DNA of 64,000 nucleotides from assembly GCA_963786935.1 (NCBI GenBank), contig CAWBAN010000001.1:480001-544000 (forward strand), read 5' to 3'. The translations under genes and the position numbers were made by a program. This document shows, in pieces, positions 47,298-58,113 of the stretch (the stretch's first letter is position 1; each line of letters opens with the position of its first letter). Origin of the DNA: an uncultured bacterium (GTDB lineage Bacteria > Krumholzibacteriota > Krumholzibacteriia > Krumholzibacteriales > Krumholzibacteriaceae). The notes under the pieces are model-generated. The model was not told the origin of the DNA, ran no database searches, and saw only the letters and a list, made by a program, of their open reading frames with translations.

Positions 47298-48696
47298 ACT
47301 GCGATGGGTGGCCGAAGCGCTCGCCGCGGCGGGATACCGCGGCGGGGATCCGGGCGCAGGCGTGATCGAGGGGGTATCGATCGATACGAGGGAGGCGTGC
47401 GAGCGCCGTCTCTTCGTCGCCCTGAAGGGCGCCTCGTCGGACGGGCACGACTATCTCGGCGCGGCGGTCGAAAAGGGTGCCGCCGCGCTGCTCGTCTCCT
47501 CGAGCCGGAAAGCGGACGCCTCCCGCGTCGCCGGCGGCGTCCCCGTGTTCGGCGTGGCCGATACGCTGGCGGGCCTGCAGGCGCTCGCCGCGGCCTATCG
47601 ATCGCTCGTGAATCCGCGCGTGATCGCCGTCACGGGGAGCTCGGGCAAGACGGGGACGAAGGACCTGATCGCCGCGATCGTCTCGAAGCGGTTCGGCGTG
47701 CACGCGACGCCGGGAAACCTGAACAACCACATCGGTCTCCCGCTCACGATTCTCGGGATGGAGGGAAGCGAGGAGATCTGCGTGACAGAGATGGGAGCCA
47801 ATCACCGGAGAGAGATACAGACGCTCGCGGGCATCGCAAGGCCCGATATCGGCGTCGTGACGAACATCGGCCCGGCGCACCTCGAGCACTTCGGCTCGCT
47901 CAAGGGAGTGGCGGCCGCGAAGGCCGAGCTGCTCGAGGCGCTCCCCGCCGAGGGAACGGCGGTGCTCCCCGCCGACGACGATTTCATCGAATTTCTCAAG
48001 GGGCGCACGGCGGCGCGCACCCTCACGTTCGGCTTCTCGGAAGGGGCCGACCGCCGGATCACCGGCCTCGAGCGGCGCGAATCGGGCGGCTACCGGTTCC
48101 GGGTGGGGGATCTCGCGCTCGAGGTCGCCCGCCCCGGAAGGCATCACGTGCTCAACGCGGCCGCCGCGGCGGCGGTCGGCTCGATCGTCGGCGTCCCGGC
48201 CGGGGAAATCGCCGCCGCGATTCTCGCGGCTCCCGTGCACGAGGGGCGCGGCGCGCTCCTCGATCTCGCGGGAATCCTGTTTTGCGACGAGACCTACAAC
48301 TCGAATCCGGCCTCGCTGCGGGCGGCGGTGGAGGCCTTCCTCGAGATTACGGCGAGCGGGCGGCGCTGGCTCGTGCTCGGCGACATGCTCGAGCTGGGAG
48401 CGTCGAGCGAGGACCTGCACCGCGAGGCGGGGATCTACTGCGGCAGGGCGAAGGTCGACGGCATCTTCACGATCGGCGCCGAGACGGTCGCGCTCAACCG
48501 CGCGGCCGCCGAACAGCGGAAATCGCCGGAGCACATCACGCATTTTCTCGACGCGGCGAAGCTCGCCGCGTACCTGAACGAGCTCATCGCGCCGGGGGAC
48601 GCCGTCCTCGTCAAGGGCTCGCGGGGCATGCATATGGAAACGGTCATCGAATCGATCGCACGGGCGCGCGGCACCGCGCCGCGGAGGGTTGACTGA
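47287..48696 (+). CDS. murF: UDP-MurNAc-tripeptide--D-Ala-D-Ala ligase
   Basis: TGSSGKT, NLNNHIG.P, EMGANH, YNSNP.S, KGSRG; start uncertain (ATC 47284/47287 after GGAGGT, or GTG 47308). Confidence 0.94.
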   Translation: MRAELRWVAEALAAAGYRGGDPGAGVIEGVSIDTREACERRLFVALKGASSDGHDYLGAAVEKGAAALLVSSSRKADASRVAGGVPVFGVADTLAGLQALAAAYRSLVNPRVIAVTGSSGKTGTKDLIAAIVSKRFGVHATPGNLNNHIGLPLTILGMEGSEEICVTEMGANHRREIQTLAGIARPDIGVVTNIGPAHLEHFGSLKGVAAAKAELLEALPAEGTAVLPADDDFIEFLKGRTAARTLTFGFSEGADRRITGLERRESGGYRFRVGDLALEVARPGRHHVLNAAAAAAVGSIVGVPAGEIAAAILAAPVHEGRGALLDLAGILFCDETYNSNPASLRAAVEAFLEITASGRRWLVLGDMLELGASSEDLHREAGIYCGRAKVDGIFTIGAETVALNRAAAEQRKSPEHITHFLDAAKLAAYLNELIAPGDAVLVKGSRGMHMETVIESIARARGTAPRRVD

Positions 48697-49784
48697 TGCT
48701 GTACTGGCTCCTGTACCCGCTCCGCGAGCACTTCTTCGCGTTCAACGTGTTCCGCTACATCACGTTCAGGGCCGCGTACGCCATGGTCACGGCGCTCCTG
48801 ATCTGCTTCGTGTTCGGGCCGCTCCTCATCCGGGCGCTCCGGAAGCTCCAGATCGGCCAGCGCATCCGGAACGAGGCGCCGGACAGCCACCAGCGGAAGG
48901 AAGGAACACCGACGATGGGAGGCGTGCTCATCATCGCCGCGACCGTCGTGCCGACGCTCCTCTGGGGAAACCTCGCGAATCCCTACATCCAGGTGGCGCT
49001 CGTCGTCACGCTCTGGACCGGCCTCATCGGTTTCCTCGACGATTACCTGCGCGTCGTGAAGAAGACCGAGAAGGGGCTCGTCGGCCGCTACAAGCTCCTC
49101 GGACAGTTCGTGTTCGGCGCCGCCCTCGGCGTGTTCCTCTATATGCACCCGCTCGTTCGCGAGGGCGCGACCGAGAGCGCCGTGCCGTTCCTCAAGAACT
49201 ACTCGATCGAGTGGGGGCTCCTGTACATCCCGTTCGTCATCTTCGTCATCATGGGGGCCTCCAACGCGGTGAATCTCACCGACGGGCTCGACGGGCTCGC
49301 CGCGGGGGCCTCGGCCTTCAGCTTCTTCGCCTTCGCGGCGCTCGCGTACATCAGCGGCCACCGGACGTTCGCCGGCTATCTCAACATCCCGTACATGCCG
49401 GGCTGCGGCGAGCTCACCGTGTACTGCCTGGCCATGGTCGGCGCGTCGCTCGGTTTCCTCTGGTACAACACGCACCCCGCCGCAGATCTTCATGGGGGAT
49501 ACGGGATCCCTCTCGCTCGGCGGGGCGCTCGGCACGGTGGCGGTGCTGCTCAAGCAGGAGCTCCTCCTCGTCATCATCGGCGGCATCTTCGTCGCCGAGG
49601 CGCTGTCCGTGATCCTGCAGGTCGGATCGTTCAAGCTGACGGGGAAGCGGATATTCAACATGGCTCCCATCCACCACCATTTCGAGCTCAAGGGGTGGCG
49701 CGGAGAAAAAAGTGGTCGTGCGGTTCTGGATCATCGCGGCGCTGCTCGCGCTCTTGAGCATCAGCACGCTCGAAGCTGCAGTAG
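48696..49784 (+). CDS. mraY: phospho-MurNAc-pentapeptide transferase; three apparent 1-nt insertions near 49480, 49699 and 49772
   Basis: [21 protein letters not shown], then [15 protein letters not shown] and KVVVRFWI in successive frames. Confidence 0.93.
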
Positions 49785-49794
49785 GGAGCCGCGG

Positions 49795-51163
49795 ATGGCG
49801 GATGCGAAGCGTATGAAACAGCACAACGAATACAGCGGAAAACGGGTGCTCGTCCTCGGCCTCGCGCGGAGCGGCGTCGCCGCGATGCGCCTCCTGCGCG
49901 ATGCCGGCGCGACGGTAATCGGCGCCGACGAAAACGCCGCGGTGGAGATTCCGTCCGAGCTCGCGGGAGCGGATCTTCATCGCGGCGCATTTGACGACGC
50001 GCTCCTCGATCGCGTCGACGAGGTCGTCGTGAGCCCCGGCATCCCGATCGATCACCCGCTCATGCTCGCGGCGAGCGCGCGGGGCGTCTCGCTCGCGAGC
50101 GAGCTCGAGATCGCCGCCCGCTTCGCGCAGGGGCATCTCATCGGCGTAACGGGCTCGAACGGAAAATCGACGACGGTCACGATGATCGGCGAGCTGCTCA
50201 AAGCGGCGGGGCGCCGCGCCGTCGTCTGCGGCAACGTGGGGCTCCCGTTCTCGTCGGTCGCGCGCGATCTCGGCCCGGACGATTATTACGTGCTCGAGAT
50301 ATCGAGCTTCCAGCTCGAGACGATCTCGCGGTTTCATCCCGAAGTCGCCGGCATTCTCAATCTCACGCCGGATCATCTCGACCGCTATCACGACGTCGAG
50401 GATTACTACCGGTTCAAGGAGCGGATCGTCGAGAACTGCGGTCCGAACGACACGTTCTTCTACAACGCGCTCGATCGCCGGTGCGCGGCGGTCGCGCGCC
50501 GTTTCGCGGGCGCGATCGGTGCCGTTCTCGTCCGCCGGTCCCGTCGAGGCGGGCGTCTATCTCGACGAGGGCGGGCGGCTCGTTCGCGAGCGCGGCGGGG
50601 CCCGCGAGGCGTTCCTCGAGCGGGGCGAGCTCGGCGTCATCGGCGTGCACAACGTGGAAAACGCGTTGGCGGCGGTGGCGGCGCTCGCTCCCTTCGACGT
50701 GAGCGCGTCCGCCTGCCGGAAGGCCCTGTCCGAGTTCAGGGGGCTCCCGCACCGGATGGAGCGGGTCGCGATCGTCCGCGGCGTGACGTACTACAACGAT
50801 TCGAAGGGCACGAACGTCGAGGCGACGATGATGTCCCTCAAGGGGCTCGACCGCCCCGCGGTCCTCATCGCCGGCGGACACGACAAGGGAGGGGATTTCA
50901 CGAAGCTCATCCCCGTGCTCGCCCGCGTGAGGGCGATCGTGACGATCGGCGAGGCCGCGCCGCTCATCGAGGAAGCGCTCGGATCGGTCGTGCCGATCGC
51001 GCGCGCGGCGACGATGCAGGACGCCGTCGAGACGGCGGCGCGCACCGCGCAGGAGGGGGACCTCGTGCTCCTGTCTCCGGCGTGCGCGAGCTTCGACATG
51101 TTCAGGAATTTCGAGCATCGGGGAGAGGTGTTCGCGGAATGCGTGAAAGCGCTGCAGAGATAG
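49795..51163 (+). CDS. murD: UDP-MurNAc-L-Ala--D-Glu ligase; apparent 1-nt insertion near 50518
   Basis: [31 protein letters not shown]; second frame [21 protein letters not shown]. Confidence 0.94.
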
Positions 51164-52335
51164 CGGATTTCGCAAGCCGGGGCAGGTGCGATCTCAAGCT
51201 CGTGCTCGCGACGGTCGCGCTCGTCGTGCTCGGGCTCGTCATGATCGCCTCCGCCGGCCAGATGGTGAAGCTCCAGGGGGCGAGCGGACCGCATTTCCAT
51301 TTCTTTTTCCGCCAGCTCACGCTCGCCGGCCTCGGCCTCCTCGGCATGGTCGCCGCGATGAAGGTGCCGTACCGGCTCTACCAGAAGCACGCGCTCAAGC
51401 TGCTCGTCGCCGCGTTCGTGCTCCTCGCCGCGGTGCTCGCGGTCGGGACGAAGATCCGCGGATCGAGCCGCTCGATCTACATCGCGAATTTCGATTTCCA
51501 GCCGGTCGAGGCGGCGAAGATCGCCCTCGTGATCTTCCTCGCCGCGAAGATCTCCGAGTGGGGGGAGCGCGTCAGGGATTTCAAGCGGGGATTTCTTCCC
51601 CTCGCCGGGACCGGAACGGCGATGGCAGTCATGGTGGCGCTGCAGCCGAACATATCGAACGCCGTCCTCATCATGATGATCACGTTCGTCGTGCTCTTCG
51701 TCGCCGGGTGCCGGATCAAGCACCTCCTCATCTTCGGCGGCGCGCTGCTCGTCGCGGCGACGCCGGCGCTCCTGCAGGTGTCGAAGGTGATCACGAGATT
51801 CTCGACGTACCTGCGACCGCGGGAGGGGACCCCGGCGAATTTCCAGCTCGAGCAGTCGCTCATCGCGCTCGGATCGGGCTCGGTCTTCGGCGCGGGGCCG
51901 GGCAGGGGGCATCAGAAGTACCGCTTCCTCCCCGACGCGCACACCGACTTCATCTATTCGATCATCGGAGAGGAGCTCGGTCTCATCGGGACGATGGCCG
52001 TGCTCCTCCTCTTCGTGCTCATTTTGCGGCGCGCGGTGCGGACGGCGCTCCGCGCTCCCGACTCGTTCGGGTACGTCCTCGCGCTCGGGACGGGGCTCCT
52101 CGTGTTCATGTCGGCGATCATCAATATCGCGATGGCGACCGGGGTCATCCCCACGGCGGGGCTGCCGCTGCCGTTCATCAGCTACGGCGGCTCCTCGCTC
52201 GTCGCCTCGCTCGCCGCCATCGGCATCATCGCGAACGTCTCGTACGAGGGCAGGGAGCGCGCCGGGGGCACCGGGCTGTTCGGCCTGCGCCGGGGAACGA
52301 AGAATGTGTTCGCGAAGCGCGTCGAGCGCGCGTAG
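51139..52335 (+). CDS. ftsW: SEDS peptidoglycan polymerase FtsW
   Basis: [37 protein letters not shown]. Confidence 0.94.
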   Translation: MRESAAEIADFASRGRCDLKLVLATVALVVLGLVMIASAGQMVKLQGASGPHFHFFFRQLTLAGLGLLGMVAAMKVPYRLYQKHALKLLVAAFVLLAAVLAVGTKIRGSSRSIYIANFDFQPVEAAKIALVIFLAAKISEWGERVRDFKRGFLPLAGTGTAMAVMVALQPNISNAVLIMMITFVVLFVAGCRIKHLLIFGGALLVAATPALLQVSKVITRFSTYLRPREGTPANFQLEQSLIALGSGSVFGAGPGRGHQKYRFLPDAHTDFIYSIIGEELGLIGTMAVLLLFVLILRRAVRTALRAPDSFGYVLALGTGLLVFMSAIINIAMATGVIPTAGLPLPFISYGGSSLVASLAAIGIIANVSYEGRERAGGTGLFGLRRGTKNVFAKRVERA

Positions 52336-52354
52336 CGGGGGAAAGGAAGCGGCA

Positions 52355-53452
52355 ATGAGAATCGTCTTCGCGGCGGGTGGAACGGGAGGGCACATCCTCC
52401 CCGCGCTGTCCGTCGCGGACGAGCTCCGCGCGCGCTCGCGAGGCCTCGAGGCGCTCTTCATCGGCACTCGCTCCGGGCTCGAGAGCAGGCTCGTGCCGGC
52501 CGGGGGCTACGAGATCCGCTTCATCTCGGCGAAAGGGGTGCGGGGAAAGGGGGCGGCGGCGCGGCTCCGCGGCGCCGCGGGTATCGCCGTCGGATTCTTC
52601 CAGTCGCTCGCGCTCCTCGGCCGTTTCAAGCCGGACGTCGTGTACGGATCGGGCGGCTACGCGAGCGCGGCGGTCGTGCTGGCCGCATCGTGTCTCCGGA
52701 AGAGAATCGTGATCCAGGAGCAGAACTCGATACCGGGGCTCACGAACCGGCTGCTCGCGCGGCACGCGCGGAAGATATACCTCGGATTCGAGAACGCCGC
52801 GGCGTATTTCAAGAAGCATCCGGGGCTCGTCGTGACGGGGAATCCGCTGCGCGCTTCGATTCTCGTCCTCGGACGGTCCGATGCGCGCGCCGATTTCGGC
52901 ATCGAGGGGGAAGGCCCCCTGCTCCTCGTCTTCGGGGGGAGCCAGGGTGCGCGCACCCTCAATCGCGCGGCGGCCGAGTATCTCCTCGCGCGGCCGAACG
53001 TGCGGGGAATCGTCCAGACCGGAGAGCAGGATTTCCCGTGGGTGCGGGAGCGGCTCGCCGGGGTCTCGAGCCGCGTCTGCGCGCGGCCGTACCTCGAGGC
53101 CATGGATCGCGCGTACGCGGCCGCGACGGTCTGTCTCGCGCGCGCCGGGGCGCTGACGGTGTCCGAGCTCGCGGCGGCGGCGGTTCCGGCGATTCTCGTT
53201 CCGTATCCGCACGCCGCGGACGACCATCAGTCGTACAACGCGTCGCATCTCGCCGACGCGGGCGGGGCGATCGTGCTGCGTGACGCCGACCTGAACGCGG
53301 ATTCGCTCGCGGCGGCGCTCGATCCGCTGCTGGCGGATCCGGCGAGGCTCGCCGCGATGCGGCGCGCGCTCGAACGCGCCGCGCGGAAGGACGCCGTGAA
53401 AACGATCGCCGCCGACGTGCTCGCGCTCGCCGCGGCCGGGAGGAAATCGTGA
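52355..53452 (+). CDS. murG: lipid II GlcNAc transferase
   Basis: GGTGGHI, EQNSIPG.TN, TGNP, GGSQGA, RAGA.T. Confidence 0.96.
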   Translation: MRIVFAAGGTGGHILPALSVADELRARSRGLEALFIGTRSGLESRLVPAGGYEIRFISAKGVRGKGAAARLRGAAGIAVGFFQSLALLGRFKPDVVYGSGGYASAAVVLAASCLRKRIVIQEQNSIPGLTNRLLARHARKIYLGFENAAAYFKKHPGLVVTGNPLRASILVLGRSDARADFGIEGEGPLLLVFGGSQGARTLNRAAAEYLLARPNVRGIVQTGEQDFPWVRERLAGVSSRVCARPYLEAMDRAYAAATVCLARAGALTVSELAAAAVPAILVPYPHAADDHQSYNASHLADAGGAIVLRDADLNADSLAAALDPLLADPARLAAMRRALERAARKDAVKTIAADVLALAAAGRKS

Positions 53453-53505
53453 ACAAGAATATCGGACGCCCCGCGGGGCGCGGGAGCAAACGGCGGGGGA
53501 GCGGC

Positions 53506-54888
53506 ATGCTCGGAAAGACGAAGCACATTCATTTCGTCGGAATCGGGGGCGTCGGCATGAGCGGCATCGCCGAGCTCCTGCTCAATCTCGGATTCACGGT
53601 GAGCGGCTCCGATCTCGACACGAGCCCCACGACGGAGCGGCTCGCTTCCCGCGGGGCGAAGATACGGATCGGTCACGCCGCGAAGAACGTCTCCGGATGC
53701 GACGTCGTCGTCGTCTCCTCGGCGATCGCCGAGAGCAATCCCGAGGTCGCCGCCGCCCGCGCGAAGGGGATCCCCGTCATCCCGCGCGCGTCGATGCTCG
53801 GCGAGCTCATGAGATTCCGTACGGGGATCGCGGTCGCGGGCGCCCACGGCAAAACGACCACGACGTCGCTCGTCGGCGCGGTGCTGCAGGAAGCGGGCTG
53901 CGATCCGACGATCGTCGTCGGCGGTCGCGTGAAGAGCCTCAAGACGAACGTCCGGCTCGGCCAGGGGGAGCTCCTCGTGGCGGAGGCGGACGAGAGCGAC
54001 GGGAGCTTCGTGCACCTGACGCCGGTGTTCGCCGTCATCACCAACATCGACGCCGAGCATCTCGATTTCTACGGCAGCCTCGACCGGATCTACGACGCAT
54101 TCGTGCGGTTCGCGCGCTCCATACCGTTCTACGGCGCGATCATCTGCTGCAGCGACGATCCGAAGGTGAAAACGATCCTTCCCCGCATCGATCGCCGCAT
54201 CGTGACGTACGGATTCGACGCCGGGGCCGACGTCCGCGGCGAGCTCCTCGAATCGGGACCGGCGGGCAGCCGGTTCTCGTACACGGTGCGGGGGAAACGC
54301 CGCGGGACGCTCCACCTGCGCGTTCCCGGCATCCATAACGCCCTCAACGCACTCAGCGTGTGCGCGCTCGCCGAGGAGATCGATATCGCGCCCCGTCATC
54401 TCCGGAAAGCGTTCGCCGCCTTCGAGGGGGTGGCGCGCCGGTTCGAGATCAAGGGGGAGCGCGGCGGCGTCCTCTTCGTCGACGACTACGGTCACCATCC
54501 GACCGAGATCGCCGCGACGGTGCGCACGGCGCGAGACGCCTTCAAGCGGCGGATCGTCGTCGTGTTTCAACCGCACCGCTACTCGCGCACGCGCGATCTT
54601 CACGAGAAATTCGGCGGCGCGTTTCGCGACGCCGACGAGGTGTTCGTCACCGAGATTTATCCGGCCGGGGAGCGGCCGATCAAGGGTATCACCGGGGAGC
54701 TCATCTACCACGCCGTGATGCGCGAGGGCAAGCCCCGGGTCAGCTACGTGCCCGCGTGGAACGACCTGAAGGCCACCGTGCGGGAGAGCGTTCGCCGGGG
54801 GGACGTGGTCATCACCCTCGGCGCGGGGAACATCTACAAGCTCGGCGAGGAGCTTCTCGCTGAAAAGGAAACGGTGAAAACGCGATGA
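53506..54888 (+). CDS. murC: UDP-MurNAc--L-alanine ligase
   Basis: HFVGIGGVGMSG, GAHGKTTT, EADESD, DDYGHHPTE, FQPHRYSR; alternative start GTG 53449. Confidence 0.96.
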   Translation: MLGKTKHIHFVGIGGVGMSGIAELLLNLGFTVSGSDLDTSPTTERLASRGAKIRIGHAAKNVSGCDVVVVSSAIAESNPEVAAARAKGIPVIPRASMLGELMRFRTGIAVAGAHGKTTTTSLVGAVLQEAGCDPTIVVGGRVKSLKTNVRLGQGELLVAEADESDGSFVHLTPVFAVITNIDAEHLDFYGSLDRIYDAFVRFARSIPFYGAIICCSDDPKVKTILPRIDRRIVTYGFDAGADVRGELLESGPAGSRFSYTVRGKRRGTLHLRVPGIHNALNALSVCALAEEIDIAPRHLRKAFAAFEGVARRFEIKGERGGVLFVDDYGHHPTEIAATVRTARDAFKRRIVVVFQPHRYSRTRDLHEKFGGAFRDADEVFVTEIYPAGERPIKGITGELIYHAVMREGKPRVSYVPAWNDLKATVRESVRRGDVVITLGAGNIYKLGEELLAEKETVKTR

Positions 54889-55634
54889 GATACTGGGACA
54901 CCGCCGAAACGCCCGCGCGGGAGACGCGCGAAAGACGCCGCATCTCCCGGAAATGGCTCCTCGTTCCCGCGGCCGTCGTCGCGGCCGCAGGGGCGGTCGC
55001 GCTCTGGTCGGGGATCTTCATCATCACGAACGTGCAGTTCTTCGGCGGGGGCTCGATTCCGCAGGAATCCCTGAAGCGGATCCGGGCGGGCATCGTCGGG
55101 AAGAACCTCGTGACGGTCTCCTTCGCCGAAGCCCGCGCGAAACTCCTCGAGTTTCCCGAGGTGCGCGACGCAGAGTTCAGCCGCCGCCCCCGGCACGGCG
55201 TCGAGTGCCGCATCTCGAAGCGCGAGCCGGTCGCGCTGCTCGTCGCGGGAGACATTCTCGAAGTCGACGCCGAGGGAGTGATCATCCCGCGCCGGGCGGG
55301 CGCCGGGGATATCGATCTTCCCGTCATCACGGGCATCCCCCCGCGGGAGATCGCCGAGCGCTCGGAATCGCCGGGCGTCGGGCGCGCGGTCGAGATTCTC
55401 GCGCTCCTGAAGAAGCTCGGTCTCTCGCCGGCGAAGCAGCTGAGCGAAATACACGTGGCCGGGGAGGACGTCGACCTCGTCTGGATGGGGACGGGGACCC
55501 TCGTGAAGCTCGGCCGCGAGGAGTACGCGAGCAGGATACGCAAGCTGCAGACCGTAGTCGGAATTATGAAGGACGGCGATCGGATCCCGCGGGTCATCGA
55601 CCTGCGGTTCGACCGCCAGGTGGTTGTCCGCTGA
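54885..55634 (+). CDS. ftsQ: cell division protein FtsQ/DivIB
   Basis: TM, POTRA-like region, C-terminal IDLRFDRQVVVR; precedes ftsA. Confidence 0.85.
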   Translation: MRYWDTAETPARETRERRRISRKWLLVPAAVVAAAGAVALWSGIFIITNVQFFGGGSIPQESLKRIRAGIVGKNLVTVSFAEARAKLLEFPEVRDAEFSRRPRHGVECRISKREPVALLVAGDILEVDAEGVIIPRRAGAGDIDLPVITGIPPREIAERSESPGVGRAVEILALLKKLGLSPAKQLSEIHVAGEDVDLVWMGTGTLVKLGREEYASRIRKLQTVVGIMKDGDRIPRVIDLRFDRQVVVR

Positions 55635-55663
55635 CCGCATGGAAGCGAGGTGAGACCCGAACT

Positions 55664-56887
55664 ATGTCCTCCGATTTCGTAGTTGGTCTCGATATCGGCA
55701 CGACGAAGGTGGCCGTTCTCATCGGGGAGTTCACGTCCGAGGGGGAGACGCGCATCGTCGGCGCCGGATCGGCGCGCGCCGAGGGAATCAAGAAGGGCGT
55801 CGTCGTCAACATGGACGAGGCCGCCGACTGCGTCCGCGCGGCGGTGGCGAAGGCGGAGCGGATGGCGGGCGTCGAAATCCGCGGCGTCTGCGCCGCGATC
55901 TCGGGTCCGCACATCCGGAGCTTCAACAGCCGCGGCGTCGTCGCGATCCCGGCGGCGCGGCGCGAGGTGACCGAGCGCGACGTCGAGAAGGTCACCGGGG
56001 CGGCCCGCAGCATCACGCTCCCGTTCGACCGCGAGATCCTGCACTCGATGGCGCAGGATTTCGTCGTCGACAATCAGGCGGGAATCCGCGATCCGGTCGG
56101 CATGTCGGGCACGCGGCTCGAGGCCGAGGTGCATATCGTCACGGCGCTCGGCATGTCGGTCGAGAATACGGTCAAGGTTTCGAAGAAGGTCGGGCTCGAG
56201 ATCGTGGACCTGGTCTTCGATCCGTTCGCGGCGGCGCGGGCGGTGCTCACGAGGGACGAGATGAACCTCGGATGCCTCCTCGTCGACGTCGGCGGAGGGG
56301 TCACGAACTACGCGCTCTATCACGGCGGCACGGTTCGCGCGAGCGGCGTCGTGGCGGCGGGAGGGGTCAACGTGACGAACGATCTCGCCGTGGGGCTTCG
56401 GACGAACGGCCCCGTCGCCGAGGATCTCAAGATCGACCACGGCGTGGCGCTCGCCTCCCTCGTGAACGACGAGGAGACGATCATGGTCCCGGGCATCGGG
56501 GAGCGGGAGTCGCGCGAGGTCCGCACGCAGATCCTCGCGGCCATTATCGAGCCGCGGACCGAGGAGATCTTCACGATGGTGAAGAAGGCGGTGGCGAACG
56601 ACCCGTTCTACCGCCTCCTCGGCGCCGGCATCGTCCTCTCGGGCGGAGGCTCGCGGCTCCGGGGGATGAACGGGGTGGCCGAAGAGGTCTTCGACCTGCC
56701 GGTCAGGATCGGCAAGGCGTCGAACCTCATGGGGCTTTCCGAGCTCGTCGACTCGGCCGAGTGGACGACCGGCATCGGGCTCCTGCTTCACGGACGCGAC
56801 CGGATCGCGGCGCGCGGCGGGGACGGCGCCGTCGACCGGGTCAAAACGATGATTCACCGATTGAAGAGAATCGCGAGTTTGTACTGA
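55664..56887 (+). CDS. ftsA: cell division protein FtsA
   Basis: GLDIGTTK, P.GMSG.RLE, DVGGG.T, VTNDL, LSGGG. Confidence 0.96.
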   Translation: MSSDFVVGLDIGTTKVAVLIGEFTSEGETRIVGAGSARAEGIKKGVVVNMDEAADCVRAAVAKAERMAGVEIRGVCAAISGPHIRSFNSRGVVAIPAARREVTERDVEKVTGAARSITLPFDREILHSMAQDFVVDNQAGIRDPVGMSGTRLEAEVHIVTALGMSVENTVKVSKKVGLEIVDLVFDPFAAARAVLTRDEMNLGCLLVDVGGGVTNYALYHGGTVRASGVVAAGGVNVTNDLAVGLRTNGPVAEDLKIDHGVALASLVNDEETIMVPGIGERESREVRTQILAAIIEPRTEEIFTMVKKAVANDPFYRLLGAGIVLSGGGSRLRGMNGVAEEVFDLPVRIGKASNLMGLSELVDSAEWTTGIGLLLHGRDRIAARGGDGAVDRVKTMIHRLKRIASLY

Positions 56888-56904
56888 AACGGAAGGGGGA
56901 ACGT

Positions 56905-58098
56905 ATGCGGTTTGAATTCGACGACATCGACGAGCTGGCGCGACTCAAGGTGGTCGGCGTCGGCGGCGCGGGCGGAAACGCGTTGAACCGGATGGTCGAG
57001 TCCGAGCTCATGGGCATCGAGTTCATCGCGGTGAACACCGACGTCCAGGTGCTCGAGCTTTCGAAGGCGCACAAGCGCATCCAGATCGGGAACCGCTCGA
57101 CGAAGGGGCTCGGCTCCGGCGGGAATCCCGAGGTCGGACGCCGCGCCGCCGAAGAGGACGCCGATCTCGTCGGCGAGGCGCTCGCCGGCGCCGACATGGT
57201 GTTCGTGACCGCCGGCATGGGGGGCGGCACGGGAACGGGAGCGGGACCGCTCGTGGCGCGCCTCGCGCGCGAGCAGGGCGCGCTCACCGTCGGCATCGTC
57301 ACGCGCCCGTTCACCTTCGAGGGGAAGCGCCGGCACCGCCAGGCGCTCGAGGGGATCATGGCCCTCAAGCAGGAGGTCGACACCCTCATCATCATCCAGA
57401 ACGACAAGCTCCTCTCGATCGTGGGCAAGGACACGCCGCTCACCGAGGCCTTCTCCATGGCGGACGAGGTGCTCCTGCATGCGACGAAGGGCATTTCCGA
57501 CCTTATTCTCACGCCGGGGCTCATAAATCTTGACTTCGCGGACGTTCGCTCCATAATGAGCGGCATGGGCGATGCCCTCATGGGAACGGGGATGTCGAAG
57601 GGGGAGAACAGGGCGGTCCAGGCGGCTCAGATGGCGATCCGGAGCCCGCTGCTCGACGACGTGTCGATCAAGGGCGCGAAGGGCGTGCTCGTCAACATCA
57701 CCGGCGGCGACACGATGACGCTCCACGAGATCTCCCAGGCGACCTCGGTGATCAGCCAGGAGGCGGGGGAGGACGCGAACGTGATCTTCGGCGCCGTGGT
57801 GAACAAGGGCGCTTCGGACGACATCCAGGTGACCGTCATCGCGACCGGCTTCGAGCCGCGCGAGCGGGAGATCATGCCGGTCCGCGAACCGGAAATCGCG
57901 GTGGTCCGCGAGCCGGAGATGGCGGCCGCGCCGCGGGCTCCCGAGATCATCGACATCAGGGATCTCGAGGAGGAGCCCACGCCGGTGGAGATCGACAATC
58001 TCGCGCGCACGGGGGTCGGTTTGAACGCGGTGAACTTCGGGATCTGTCACGAGCTCAATCTCGATATCCCGACGTTCCTGCGCAAGCAGCTCGATTGA
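56905..58098 (+). CDS. ftsZ: cell division protein FtsZ
   Basis: GVGGAGGN, GMGGGTGTG, NLDFADV, C-terminal LDIPTFLRK. Confidence 0.98.
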   Translation: MRFEFDDIDELARLKVVGVGGAGGNALNRMVESELMGIEFIAVNTDVQVLELSKAHKRIQIGNRSTKGLGSGGNPEVGRRAAEEDADLVGEALAGADMVFVTAGMGGGTGTGAGPLVARLAREQGALTVGIVTRPFTFEGKRRHRQALEGIMALKQEVDTLIIIQNDKLLSIVGKDTPLTEAFSMADEVLLHATKGISDLILTPGLINLDFADVRSIMSGMGDALMGTGMSKGENRAVQAAQMAIRSPLLDDVSIKGAKGVLVNITGGDTMTLHEISQATSVISQEAGEDANVIFGAVVNKGASDDIQVTVIATGFEPREREIMPVREPEIAVVREPEMAAAPRAPEIIDIRDLEEEPTPVEIDNLARTGVGLNAVNFGICHELNLDIPTFLRKQLD

Positions 58099-58113
58099 TC
58101 GAGGGAGCGGCGC

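Noticed and set aside
49492..52335. 947-aa ORF that looks like a MraY-MurD-FtsW fusion
   Set aside because: Product of frameshifts joining fragments through off-frame sequence
57878..57925. VREPEIA/VREPEMA duplication in the FtsZ linker
   Set aside because: Two imperfect copies in a disordered linker; ordinary
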